From the NCBI RefSeq assembly GCF_000281045.1, contig NW_008246073.1, forward strand, positions 249,495 to 292,984: a DNA stretch of 43,490 nucleotides. Direction: 5' to 3'. Source of the stretch: Saprolegnia diclina VS20 (Eukaryota). This document shows positions 23,578-36,900 of this stretch, piece by piece; position 1 is the first letter of the stretch; each line of letters begins with the position of its first letter. Under the pieces are notes generated by a model. It searched no databases and had not been told where the DNA came from. It saw only the letters and a list, made by a program, of their open reading frames with translations. Position numbers and translations under genes: made by a program.

Positions 23578-24180
23578 TCGTCGTCTTTTCGCCAAATTCG
23601 AACTGCAATTTGACAGCAGCTGTGTGGTATATTACGAAGGGGCAGGCTTCAAGAATCGAGTTTGAGAGGTTTTGAAGAACGGCAACGTCAGCGACGCGAG
23701 CATCGGACGCCGATGACGTCGTGCCACTGGTCCAGCGCATACATACTAGTAATTGGTAGCTGGTGAATAGCATAGCCTCGGGCGATGGCAGAGATATGAG
23801 GTAGGACACCAAGTCCTTCTCAAAGGCCGATAGCGTTGGCAAGGACGAGGCGACCCAAGCATATGTGCCATGATTACGGTATGGCGCCAATCACAGGGCG
23901 CCAAGTGGCAGCTCAAGGCGTCTCGTCAACTGTAGACACACAAGTGACAACGCCAAGCGACCATGCAGCTATCATGTAAGTTGCCCAGACCACCGGGGGG
24001 CGAGCGCCGAGCTTGGTGCTGGGCACGGACGAACACGCCCCTCGATGCAAGCGCGCCATGGCGAAGCACTGGCCGCAAAGACACAAGACACGTAGTACAA
24101 TGCGCTCGGCGCATGCGTGTTGAGAAGACATTCGCACCGCAAGCTCTAGTCGGTCGAGCTGCTAGCGAGGAGCTTGTGCT

Positions 24181-25692
24181 TTAAAGGCGCAGCTTGGCCA
24201 TGTCCAAGCTCAACGAGGAGAGCTTCCACAAGACGATGCGGCCGTCGAGACCTACAGCAACACACGTTTCATACGCGAGGCTCGTCGAGACGGATACGTT
24301 GTACCGGACGACGTCAGCTCGGTGATCGAGCCGTTGCTCGACCGAGCAAACGGCTGCAGGCACGTGACTGTGGCTTCGTGCTTCCTACACAGAGTGCTCG
24401 AGTTTGGCGAAAAATGAAGGTGATTGCGTACGTCCAGAGCGCGCCCTTGTCGCCCGACGTTGCGTCCGCCGACTGGCCGCGGGACACCTTGCTTTCCCAC
24501 TGCTGCCGCACTAGCGCATCATGCATCCTCAGATCTGCCATGCCTCATAAGCATCGGCGTACTGCTGTTGAAGCCACCGCCGCCGAGCGCGGCCTTGGCA
24601 GGCGTCGCCGACTTTTTGTCGAGAAACTCCGAGAACGACCAGTACCCGTTGCGGTCCATCGTGAAGAGCAGCAAGTTGAAATCGTAGCCGCAGCCAACGA
24701 CCGCATCGTTCGAGAGGAAGAGCAGACGCGTGAGCGGGAGATGGGGAAAGCGAATCGACTAAAGCAACGGCAATAAGACGGAATAAGAGGTAAGACAAGC
24801 AGTGATGTCGTACCTGTAGCGTCGGGACCTCGCCGGGCTGGCCGAAATGCACGAAGTGGATCGACGACCCGTGGCCCGCAAACGCGAGGCGGTCGCCGTG
24901 CGTCGACCACGCCGCCGCGTTGACCCACGCGTTGGCATTGTCGAATTCTGCCATGGGCTCGCCAAAGGGCGCCATGGCCGGGAACGGGCCGGCGTCCGGC
25001 GCGGCGTCGACGTCGGCGATGTACGCCCCAAAGACACGGCACTTCATGTCCGTACTCGCCGTCACGAGGAGCTGGCTGTTGGGGTGCCAGTCCAAGTCGA
25101 CGACGCTAGCATATACATAAGCACCCAGCATGCAATAAAGCTAAGACGATCGTACGTCGACTTGTGCTTCTTGATCATCTTGGAAATCCACCAGTTGTCG
25201 AGCGCTTGGTAGTAGCACACGGACACGCACTTGGCACCACTCCCGACGGCAAACTTCTTACCTGCGCATTGGACGCATGGGCGACGCAGATATATGAGGC
25301 GCGAGACGTACCATCGGGACTCCACTTGACGTTGATGGCCGCGCGCGTGATGCGCAAGACGACCAGCGACGGCTTCCACTTGCGCTCGGACGGGTTGTAA
25401 GTCCACACAAAGGCCGACCGGTCGTGCGAGCACGAGACAATCATGTCGTGGACCGGCGACCAGTCGAGGCCGCTCACGACCATGTCGTGCTACGGTGGCG
25501 TGAGGCTGGATGCAGGAGGCGGGCCATGTCTACCTCGGTGAGGATGGCTTCCTTGCGCCACTGGGCCACGTCGGGCGCATGGCAGTTGGAGTAGATCCAG
25601 ATCTCATTCGTGTTGGGGCAGATGGCCACCTTGGACTTGTCATGGTTCCATGCATGGCACGTGATCGCCTCGGCAAGATGCCACACGCTCAT
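24181..25692 (-). CDS. ARPC1: Arp2/3 complex subunit 1 (p41, WD40), multi-exon
   Basis: ITCHAWNHDKSKVAICPN, DWSPVHDMIVSCSHDRSAFVW, PSLVVLRITRAA, KFAVGSGAKCVSVCYY, NWWISKMIKK, LDWHPNS, SG|LDGRIVLW. Confidence 0.95.
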
Positions 25693-26135
25693 GCTTCGCC
25701 TTCGTCGATATCCAAAATGCTGACTCTGGCATCCGGACGACTCCAGCCCCAGTTCGCTTCTTTCGGTAGGCTATGACCCTATTTAGATACAACCAGGCCT
25801 GTTTCAGGCCTTTTCAGGACTCTCAATCGGGCATCCAACCCTAGAAGCAGGTCGCAACCGACGTCGCTTCGGGTGTGTTTTCGGATATATCCGAATCCAA
25901 GCATCGACTAAACGACTAACCATGCCTCAGCCAAGGCTGCAACGAACGTAATCATTTGAAAAAGATCGTCAGCGGCGCGCTCCCACGGCTACCGCAAGGG
26001 GACTCCGACGAGGCAGCTTGCAGCGACCGCTTGCACGACAATATAAGGTTTTGCAGAAAGGATCTAGTTAGTAGAACGTCGAATTCGGTCATAGTCGAAA
26101 CGGGCGGTGGTTTCCGACGCGTCGAGCAGTCGGGG

Positions 26136-29100
26136 ATGAGCAAGAACGGGCAGCGGGTCGCAGACCTCGTGCGCGGCTCGCCCGAGAACATGGCCTGCGC
26201 CGACTGCGGCGTCACCTTGACGACGGCCTCCGATGCGACGTGGGCCGCGCTTACCTTTGGCGCGTTCGTGTGTCTCCAGTGCGCTGGCGCCCATCGGCAG
26301 CTCGGTGTCAACATCTCGCGCGTCAAGTCCGTGCACATGGACAGCTGGACCGACGACGAAGTCAAGCGAATGCTTGGCAACCGCGCGGTCAACGCGGTCT
26401 ACGAGAAGCACCTGCGCCCGGACGCCAAGGCGACGACGCGCCGCGCGCTCCAGTGCAATGCCATGAGCCGCGACGACTTTGTGCGCCTCAAGTACGAGGC
26501 GCGTACCTTTACGACCGACGCCGGCCGGGCGTTTCAAGGTCCTACGTCCGAGAAGACTGAGCGGCGCGGTGCTACGACCAGCGGCTCGATCGTCGAAGTG
26601 TCCAAGCGCTTTGTCAACTACTTTGTCGTCGTCGGACGCGGCCAGGCCGTCCTCGGCAAGCCGCTGGGTACGCCTCCTATTCCATAGTACTACGTTCATA
26701 TCCATAGCCTATGTAATTGTGTTTAGGCGAGAATGCGAGCCCGAGCGACGTCCAGTTTGTCCCGACAATCCTCGACAGCTTCCCGGATGCGCACGCCGAT
26801 GCGCCGTTGCCGAGCCACATTTCGCAGGTCGTCCTACACACCTATCTGGCACAAGGAATCGAAACCACCATTCTAGTTTGCGTTTCCAGAAGGTCTGGCG
26901 CTCAGCCCAACCCACATCACCCCCACGTTCTTTACATTTGTGTTAACCAACGTGAGCGGTGCCAAGGTCCGCTGTGCACTGGCACACGTATACGCTCACA
27001 AAGCAACGCTTAGCTTTATGCATGCGCACTCAAGTTTGTCGAGGAGCTCTCACCGCTTGAAGTGGTGCGTCCTCGTGTCCTTTGCATCGATCCAAGTCGA
27101 CGCGATGCCATAGCTCACCTTGTTTGCGCCGCCGCCCGGCAGCGAAAAGTCCAAGGCGCCCGTCATTCCAAAGTGGGCGCAAGACCTCTCGTCCGGGTCG
27201 GCGTCGACCACGTCCGTCTACTGCCCCAAGTGCCTCTTACTAATCTCGCACCACCCGCTCTTCTCGAGCTACCGCCTTTTCCTGCAGCAGGTCGATGCGT
27301 CGCTGCCCCCATAGTACTCAACTGGGTTTAGATCTATCGACTCTCGCTCTCGACGGCGCCGATGCCAATCGAGCGCTACATTGCCAACTTTGTGAGCGAG
27401 GTGCCCATGCCACCGCGGGTTCGAACCCCTTGCAGTGTGTAGTTTTACGAGACAGCGCATATTAGGGCCGCATTCAGGTCCAGCTCACGCTGCCCGAGCG
27501 CACGATCTACATTGCCCGGCCGCCAAAAAACCAACTGCCGCTCGCCGACGTACGCCGACTCTTAACGCGTTAGGAGTGTGCACCACATGACGCACATAGT
27601 TTTCTCTTCGGTCGCTCTTCCAAGTGCTCGATATGAACAACGTGTTGACGGTCGTGGCGTGTCTCTTGCTCGAGCAAAAAGTTGATACCTTGATACATTT
27701 CAATGGCTCACATTAGCGTAGGTGGCGCTCTGCTCCAAGCACCTTGCGCTACTGACGCCGATCGCCGAGACCCTTTTGACGCTGCTCTTCCCGCTGGCGT
27801 GGCAAGGCGCGTACATCCCCGTGCTCCCGTCGTCGCTCCTCGACGTGATTGACGTAGACACTATGTCCATTCTGCATGGCTCTGAAGAGTGCTCGTACAG
27901 GCGCCCGTGCCGTTCCTTGTCGGCGTGCACTCCAAGTACCTCGCGACAGCCAGTCGCTCGACCGACGTCTTTTTCATCGACTTGGACCACAATCGGTATC
28001 TTGCGTGTGCACTTGCCACGTCACGGGCGGTCATTTCCTTAGGATCATTCCGCCGCGCAATGAAGACGGCATTGTACGTTCCTTGGTCCCATGATCAGGA
28101 AGAAGCGACTTCTTGGGCTAGGAAACTGTGCTGCCCAAGATGCCGGAGCGTGCTGCAACAAAACTCAAAGTCAAACTCCAAAACTGCGCCAACGTGTTTG
28201 ATCCATTTGCACCCGAGATTGCCAAGGCCGACTGGGTAACACCGTGCTTTCTCGAGACGACCGATGCAATGCTGGAGCTGTAGGCGTTCGGCGGCGACGA
28301 ATACCTCGAGCCCATCACAGATTTCGCCTCGTCAGGCATGACGCTGCCCATGCCATCCGCGCCAAGTGACGTCGTCGCTAGCCGCAAGGGCAGTCTTGGC
28401 GACAAGCGCACGCTCTCGGCTGTGTCGGCGGCGTCCCTCACTGCGTCGTCGTCCCTCTCGCAGTACAGCAGCCTTCACTTTAGCTCGTTCAAGCTTCTCT
28501 CGCACACGAGCTCGTCGGCGTCGATGCTCGAGCGTGATCGGTCATTGTCGTCGTCGGGTGCCGACGGTCTCGTGCTGCCACCGACGCCGTCGCCCGGTGC
28601 TGGGTTTGTGCCCGACCAAGTCCGACAGTCGTTCTTGCGCTTCTTCATTTCCATGCTCAAGCGCTATGCGTCCTACTTGGTGCGACACTCGCTCGCTTCC
28701 AGTTCATTGAAGGTCCTTGGTGGCTAGAACAATGACAGCAGCAAGACCAACACGGCGCCCATCTTTGATGCCGCCGGCTTCTTGCGCGACAATAGCGACG
28801 CCGCGTCCCGGCCGTTCCTGAGCGTCATGATCGAGTCCCAGGCACATGCTTCTAGCGTCCACACCCATGTTCACGAGCTACTTAGATGTTTCAGCGCTTC
28901 TGCGAGGACCGACTCTTCAACCCGACGCTGCCCGAGGTTGTTTTTTTCGACCAAGCTATCAACCAAAAGGTTCCGTGTCTCTATCCAGTGGATAGATAGA
29001 TAGTGACCTTTTGGATAGTTGAACCGGTCCTTGTCGCTTGGGAAGAAGAAGCACGACGTGAGCTTTCTCGAAGACAAGACGGACGTCATCCGGGAGACGT

Positions 29101-31371
29101 TCGTGGCGCCGTCGCCGTCGACGCTCGGCCTCCCCGACAATGGCGCCGTGTACCACGTACGGCTTTGTATCAATGTATCAATGGACTTACCGTTCTTTCT
29201 GCATCCCTAGTACAAGGCCTTTCCACGGCTCAAAAAGTACAGACACATTCTTATAAGGCCTTCCGAGAGGGCACTCCCAACTCGGTTTAGACACCTCTTT
29301 GGGACGATCCGCAAGCCGCGCGAGCTCTACGCTGCCCGAGAGCAGCAGCGCTTTGTCGCGCCCGTCGACGTGCACCAGCAAATCTACCGGCTCAGCACGT
29401 ACGCACTGCCGTCGTCTCCGAGCTAGCCGCAATGCGACCCGTTAGGTGCGTCAAGGACACGGCAGCCACGTGGGATGCGACGCGCCGCCTCGTCACGCGC
29501 GTGCGTTTCGCTGAATGATTCTTGGCGGTGATGCATCGGCATGTAGTTGCAAGCGTTCTACCGGTCGTATCGCCAGCGCAGTGCGTACTTGCGCATGCGC
29601 CGCGCCGTACTCTGCATCCAGCGGCACCTCGCCGCACGGCTCAAGGTGCGTCGACCCCGTTGTTGGCTGCCGCGAGTCGTATCGATGTAGCGCCAACAAC
29701 TCCAAGCCAGCTATCGTCGCCTGCGCGCGGCCATTACGTGTCTTCAGGTACCAATTGCAGAGAAATGGAAGTGCAAACGGTGGTGGCGTAGGGCCGCTTT
29801 CGCATGGTCGCTCAGCGCGCTGCGTACCAGCGGCAGCGACAAGCATTGTTGCGCCTGCAGGTGCGCGATCTCGCGTCGGATCGCCCTCAACGCGCGGGAT
29901 GTAGGCGTTTGGAAAGCAAGTGGTGTACACGCGGCGGCTGCAGCGGCTGCGCCATGGCATCTTGCGGCTCCAGGTACATGGTCTTTTGCACTCGAAACGA
30001 CCACCAACGCCGTCGTAGGCACGATTCCGAGGCCAGCAGCAGGCCCGCGTCTTTGGTCGCATTCGCGCCGACGTGGTTCGCCTGCAAAGCGTCTTTCGCG
30101 GCGTGCTGACGCGCATGGCGTCACTCCAGTACGTCCTACATCAATCGAAAGCGCGTTTCTAGCGCTTGTAGGTGGCGCCAAGAGCTACTGAGCACGTACC
30201 GCGACACGATCTTTGAGTTGTGGCAAAAAGCATGCGTGCCACTGCTGTACCGGTCCAAATTCTGGATCATTTACGACAAACCCGACTTTTTGTCGCTGGG
30301 CGTACGCGATTAGAGGACCCGATTCGAGTGCGATGTGTACGTAGGTGCATTTGGAAGAGATGGGGCGCCTCCATGCGATCTTGACGGCGATCGACGGTCA
30401 CGAGCGGCTGCACCCGACCGTCGTGCCCACGGGCCCTGTCGCCAAGACCCTCAAGACGTTGTGGACGCCGGTGCTCCGCGTCCACCGGCGTGCAGCGCGT
30501 GCCCGGCGCCAGCATCTCTTGAAGTCGTCGCACTCGAGCTTTGACATTGTACGTGGCTTGCTGCGGTTTGACGCTGCGGCAACACGAAGGGGTAGGCCTT
30601 TGTGCGCCTCGAAGAAGAGATGCTCGAGCTGTACGAGCAACTCAAGTACCACACGACAGACGCACTGCTGCACGCGTTCTACGCGGATTTTGACATTTGC
30701 TCGACGAGCAAGCTCAAGAAGCGCTCGGTGCGACGTCATTTAACCCCAAGCGCGGGTGTCAGTATGGTGCATCTAGCTCGTTCAACTGCTCTGGACATCA
30801 CGGACGACCGCGACGCACAGTGCCAACGTCAGTTCTTTGCCAGGTGAGCAACGCTAAGGCAGTTGGTACGTGTAGGTGGTGCTTACGATCGGCAGTGGCG
30901 GCGCCGTGCGCGCACCCGGCGGCATCAACGCGATCGAGACCAAGCGCCACGTACCGAGCTCAACTGTCCTGGCGGCATGTTGACACATTGATACATATGT
31001 AGTCGCGCATCTGCACGGACCTTGCGTACACGGTGAACGCGGCCATGGCGTCGCTTCAGGTGCGACGATACTACATCTTCATGTAGCATCATGCTTGAAC
31101 GTTGGTGCAGAAGACGACGCCACTGCGCACGGTCAAGGCGCCACGCGTGGCCCAGGACCTCACGCGCGCGATGGCGTACCAGAACCACCTCTTGGAGATT
31201 CAGTTGGCCGAGTGCCAGCGCGAGTTGCTCCGCTGCCAGCAGCGCCTCGAGGCGGGTCGCAGTGATGAGAGTCGCCCCGAGGAGCCGTCACCAGAAGCAG
31301 TTGATGACCACAAAACCAAGACTTCGTCGTGCTACTTTGGCGCCGTCTCGAACAATGCGCAGTCCATTTAG
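26136..31371 (+). CDS. Large multi-exon protein: ArfGAP zinc finger + uDENN/DENN/dDENN + ~6 IQ motifs + NACK-C (DUF3490)-like domain + coiled coil
   Basis: CADC..WAALTFGAFVCLQCAGAHRQLGVNISRVKS (ArfGAP). FVNYFVVVG, FAFPEG, FFTFVLTN, PKCLLLISHHP, LLEQK|VAL, LLFPLAWQGAYIPVLP..DAPVPFLVGV, ESQ|MFQRF (DENN). LQAFYRSYRQR, LQSVFRGVLTR (IQ). IFELWQKACVPLLYRSKFW. Continuous GT-AG splicing; single-gene status inferred. Confidence 0.78.
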
Positions 31372-31625
31372 ACATACTAGTATGTAAGGCGAAGCGCAAG
31401 TCCCTTTCATGTTCCTACGCAGCGTCTGGATCTATCTGAATATGAATGTCAAACCTCAAACACTCAATGGGAAGTGCAACGCTGGAATTCTGAATTGAGC
31501 TTCATCGCGATCAATTCAGTTTCACGGTGCTGTTTTGAGCCATAGAAACTCAATTGGACCAGCTGGTTTGAAGTTGGGTGTTTTCCGAGCGGTGCGATCC
31601 ATTCGTGGGCAGTTGACCAAATATT

Positions 31626-33714
31626 ATGGACAACAAGAAGCGCGAGCGCGAGTGGGACGCCCGCGAGGCCATGGCCAAGGTCCGGGCGTCGCTGCCCATC
31701 TTCGCGTGGAAGAAGTCCATCCTGGACACGGTCCGGTCGAGCCGCGTCGTGATTGTCGTCGGCGAGACGGGCTCGGGCAAGACGACGCAGATCCCGCAGT
31801 ACATCTTTGAGGCGCACATGACCAACCCGAGCAAGAAGATCGCCGTGACACAGCCGCGCCGCGTCGCCGCCATCACGGTTGCCCAGCGCGTCGCCGAAGA
31901 GATGGGCTCGCGCATCAAGGACGGCCCTGTCGGCTACTGCGTGCGCTTTGACGACACGACGTCCGCGGCCACGAAGCTCAAGTTTATGACCGACGGTATG
32001 CTCGTGCGCGAGGCGCTGCTCTCGCCGTCGCTCGATGCGTACTCGGTCGTCGTGCTCGACGAGGCTCACGAGCGGTCGCTTCAGACCGACATCCTCTTTG
32101 GCGTCATCAAGCGGGCGCTCGCGGCGCGCAAGGACCTCCGCGTTGTCGTCATGTCGGCGACGCTGGACGTTGGCCTCTTCGAGTCCTTCTTTAAAGAGAG
32201 GTACGCAACCTCCGAGTTTGTACGTTTTACGATTGATCTCGCTATAGCTCGCCGGCCGTGCTGCGGATTCCCGGTCGAACGCACCCGGTCGACATCTTTT
32301 ATACGACCAAGGCGCTGCCCGACTACCTCGACGCGGTCCTCATCACGACGCTGCAGATCCACCTGGACAATGCCGAGAACAATGGCAGCATCCTTGTCTT
32401 CCTCACCGGCCAAGAAGACATTGAGACGATGGAAGGGCTTCTCAACGACTATGGCACGCGGCTTCCGGCGACGTCCTCCAAGCTCCTCGTGTGCCCGATC
32501 TTCTCGGCCATGCCCCGGGAGGCGCAAATGCTGGCGTTCGAGCCCGCACCCCGCGGCGTCCGCAAGGTCATTTTGGCGACCAACATTGCCGAGACGTCGA
32601 TCACGATCAACGGCGTCCGGTTCGTCGTCGACGCCGGCCTTGTCAAGCAGCGGTCGTTTGTCGGGCACATGGAGCATCTGCATGTCGAGTCGATCTCGCA
32701 GGCGCAGGCGTGGCAGCGCAGTGGTCGTGCGGGTCGGGAGGCCCCCGGCGTGTGTTACCGGCTCTTCCCCGAAGACAAATTTGAAGAGCTCCCGGCACGT
32801 GCGATCCCGGAAATCAAGCGCGTGAGCCTCGAGATCGTGGTCTTGCAGCTCAAGACGATGGGTATTGACGACATTCTTGGCTTTGACTTTATCGAGCGGC
32901 CCAACACGGCCAACCTCATGCGGGCCCTCGAAAAGTTGTACGCGCTCGGCGCGTTCAACGCCGATGGCTCGCTCACGCCGCGCGGTGCGTCCTGTACTGT
33001 CTGCCGTCCTCTCAGACACGTTGTCTAGGTCGGACCATGGCCAGTCTGCCCGTCGATCCGATGTGCGCCGTCATGCTCTTGCGATCGCTCGAGCTCGAGT
33101 GCGCGGCTGACGCCTTGAGCATCGTGGCCATGCTTAGCGTCGAGTCGATCTTTTACTCGCCCAAGGATCAGAAGGAAAAGGCGGCGGCGTCCCGTGCGCA
33201 GTTTGTGTCGCTGGATGGCGACCAGCTCATGCTCCTCGCTGTCTACAATGCGTACGCGCAGACGTCGCTCAAGCAGCGCGCCAAGTGGTGCCGCGACCAT
33301 TTCATCAACCACCGGTCCATGCAGCGCGTCGAGAAGGTCCGCGACCAGCTCGTCACGTACCTCTCCAAGGTCGCGCCGTCGACCGACGCACTGACGGCCT
33401 CGGCGCTGCCCGACACGGTGCCGGTCCGAAAGGCCATCGTCGCCGGCTTCTTTCTCAACAGCGCGATGCGCACCAAGTCGGCGCTCATGTCGAAAGCGAG
33501 CTTTCAGACCATGTGCAATGCGACCAAAGAAGACGTCAAGGTGCACCCGAGCTCGGTGCTCTTCCAGCGCAACCCGCCGCCGCGCTACGTGGTCTTCAAC
33601 GAGCTCGTCTTTACGAGCAAACACTATGTGCGCAACCTTGTGCCGATCGAGAAGGAGTGGCTCGTCGAAGCCGCGCCCGGGTTTTTCAAAACCATCGACC
33701 AGATCCGACAGTAG
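31626..33714 (+). CDS. DHX33: DEAH-box ATP-dependent RNA helicase, DHX33/Dhr2-like, 3 exons
   Basis: GETGSGKTTQ, TQPRRVAA, TDGML, DEAH, SAT, LVFLTGQEDI, TNIAETSITI, QAWQRSGRAGRE, HA2/OB region (HPSS..VVFNELV). Confidence 0.85.
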
Positions 33715-33962
33715 AGATAAAGTCCGGACGACATTGTCGATAGCGATGTCGACACGAATGTATTATGATGCTAAGTCAGCATTGGGAGATGGGGTCGTCC
33801 TTGCACGACAAGCTGGGGGACCGAATGACCCTTGCCCGGGCTCGTCACATGACCAAACCGTGGTCGCCATATCGATTCTGTTACACAACAACTTTAGTCA
33901 TGGGAGGGTCCGCTATTTTAAGCCCAGAGCCGCTTTTCTAGACAGGCTGAAACAGCGCAAGC

Positions 33963-36900
33963 ATGACCAACGGGTCCTGCTTCTGGCTCGACGCGTCGGC
34001 GCCGGCGTGTACAAAGGCATCTTGGCCCTCGTGTGGCTACAGCTGGCTCGTCTCGGCGCCTGTCTGGTTGCTCTGGGGCGTCTGGTTGCTGTACGGACTC
34101 GGGCGCCTCCGTCAAGCCACTCGGCAAACCAACGGGTTTCAGTTTGATACAGACAAGATTCACGACCCGCTCGCCCAAGGTAAACCCACACTTCACGTCG
34201 TCCACGGTCTATCGCGTGCCGTAGGGATGGCCGTCGCGCTTTCCCAGCGCAAGTCGACGAGCATACACAAGCCAAAGTTTCAGCGCTACATGAAGCTCGG
34301 GGCCATGTGGGCCGAGTGGCCATCGCTAACGTACACGCCGCTGACGATTGCGTTCAAAGTCGCGGGCTCGAGCAGCTTTCTGTCGTCGATGCTCGTCTCG
34401 TTCAACTCGCCGTACGAGGTATGGCCGTTGAAAAAGCGACGTTTTGCGACCACCACGGGCGTAGATGGCCAACCTGGTGCTGGCCGTCGTGTGTGGGGGC
34501 AGCATTCTTGTGCTTCGGCACGGCCAACGACTCGTGCCCCTACGTACGTTGAAATTTGTGATTGGAGGTTGGAATGTAGAGTCCCATTGTGCGATTTAGA
34601 CGAATTGTACTTGAAAAAGTACGCGTACCCCATCACGTTTGACGTGTTGTACATTCCGCTCATTTCGACCTTTGTGCGTCTCGCAACGTGCCCCGGCGGG
34701 TACCAGCACATTGCGCTGCCGGGCGGCGCGACCTGCGATTGTGTGAACCGCTTTGGCATTTCTTGGGTATTTGTCCTCAATCGTGCACACTTGACAACAT
34801 TGTAGAGCATTGGGTTTGTCGGGTTTGTGATACTGTACACCAGGGCACTGCACTACAAGATGTTTATCGAGCCACACGGCGCGACCATGGACTTTCGATT
34901 TCAAACCAGCTTTCAGATCATCATGGTCATGGCGCGCACCCGTACGTCATATTCTGTCACCTGTCCATTGGTCAAGAATGTCCTTGTCTAGTCAACCCCA
35001 TTATATCGGTGCTCGTGAGCGACTTGGACATGAAGACGCACCGATCGGACGCGATCCTTCTCGCGTGCGGCTTTCTTGTGTGCATTGCGTTTCTGTTTGT
35101 GTACAACTACAAGGCGCAGCCGGTACGTTGTCCTCCTCGTTGTAGACAGTCACGAGGTTCAACTAGTGCATTGGGAGCGGCCGCATCCCCAACAACATTC
35201 GCGCACTCTCGTTCTCGAGCGCGATCTACACGACGCTGAGTGTCCTCGGGTTTCTCTTCTCGAACGCGTCGCCCGCGCAGCTCTACTATGCGCTGACCCC
35301 GCTGCCGGTCGTGTGGGGTGTCGCGTGGCATCGCAACAACATGCGCGCGCACCACTTTCACGTCCCCGACCTCTCGATCCTCGAGCTCCTTCGCGACCAC
35401 TCGAGCCGGTCCAAGACCGTGGGCACGATCGCTGCGCTTTACATGGACCCGCTCAAGCTGCACGTCGTGCACTACGCCGCGATCATGGCGCAACTCGAAA
35501 AGATCACGCAGCGGTCGCGCACCAAAGAGCTTTTGTGCCGCGCGTACGCGTTGCGGACACTTTGGTTTTGCCACATTGAGGTACCTTGATTGTCGTACAA
35601 GATCGTGACAATTTTTTCCAATTGACAGAATTTCCGAAAACAAAGCCTCACGGTTGGCGAAGACAAGAAGAAGACGGCGGTGCCACCCAAGCTGTGGTTC
35701 AAAGACATTGAGAATAGCGACCGGAAATCCAAGGCCCGCGCACGCCTCTTGACGGCCGACGTGCCGATTTCGATCGTCAAGCCGAACATCAAGATCCAGC
35801 GCGTCCACCACGTCAAAGGTACCTGATTGTCGAGCCGTTTTTGCGTAAATATGTACTTGAGTAGATGTCATGGACACGACAACGTCCCTCGCCAACTTGC
35901 ATCCGCGCCAGATCAATGCACTCGCCGCGTTCCAGCGCCCCTTGCCCATGCTGCGGACTCCCCGCGTTGCCCCCGACAAGTCGAAGGACGGAAAAAGTCG
36001 TCTCTCAAAAAGAAGCAGCCCCCACCAGCGAAGCTCCGCGTCGGCGCTCGAGCAGCCAAAAAGGCGTCCATTGCGACTCTCCGAGCCGGATAAGCTCAGC
36101 AGCGCCGAAATACTCGCGGTCAGGCCACCCCCGGTGGACCCCCCCCCCACTGAGGAACCGGCGGCCGAGACACCCCCCACCGAATCACCCGCAACCGAGA
36201 CACCCCCCACGGAGTCACCACTAACAGAGTCACGACCCACCGAGCCACCACCTCCGGAGGCACCACCCGCCGAGACACCCCGAACCGAGACAACTTTGCC
36301 GGATATGCCTTCTGTCGCAGCAACCAAGCCGCGACCTCCGATGCTTGGTGCACTGCGGCAGGCAGGCTCCCGCCCATCGTCGCTGCTCAACGTTTTCTCT
36401 GGCCAAAAGTTACAGTCGTCTGATACATCCATGAAGCACGCACCGTCCGTCTCGGACCTCCGACCGCGGCGTCCTAGTGGCTGGAAGCACACCATGTCGA
36501 TGGCCAAGCTTGTGGCGCCGATTCTATCGCGCCTCACGGGCACGGCGCGGTCCCTAGCGATTAGCAACTACCACGTCGTGCTCATCCACGACAAGCACTG
36601 GATCTCCAAGGACGAATCCCCAAACGACGCATTTTTTCACGCGGTTGGGCTCTTTAATACAGCGCTCGAGGTGCTCGCGCAAGCGTGTGCGCTCGGTGAC
36701 AAGCCGTGCATGCACGAAATCGCCCTGTTTATGCTCGAGTGGTATCGCAGCGGGTACCTCCGGCTCACAAAGACCATCTACTTGCACGTGCTCTCGACGC
36801 TAACGGCGACGGGCGACCGGAAGCGGACGGCGGATGCAACCCATACGATTCACAAGCTATGCATCAGTGGTGTCGTTCCGCTGCAGCTCTGGCTCAAGAA

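Noticed and set aside
23291..23890. 199-aa ORF overlapping the TLC gene 5' end
   Set aside because: Out of frame with the TLC exons, runs through an intron, and has no recognisable motif.
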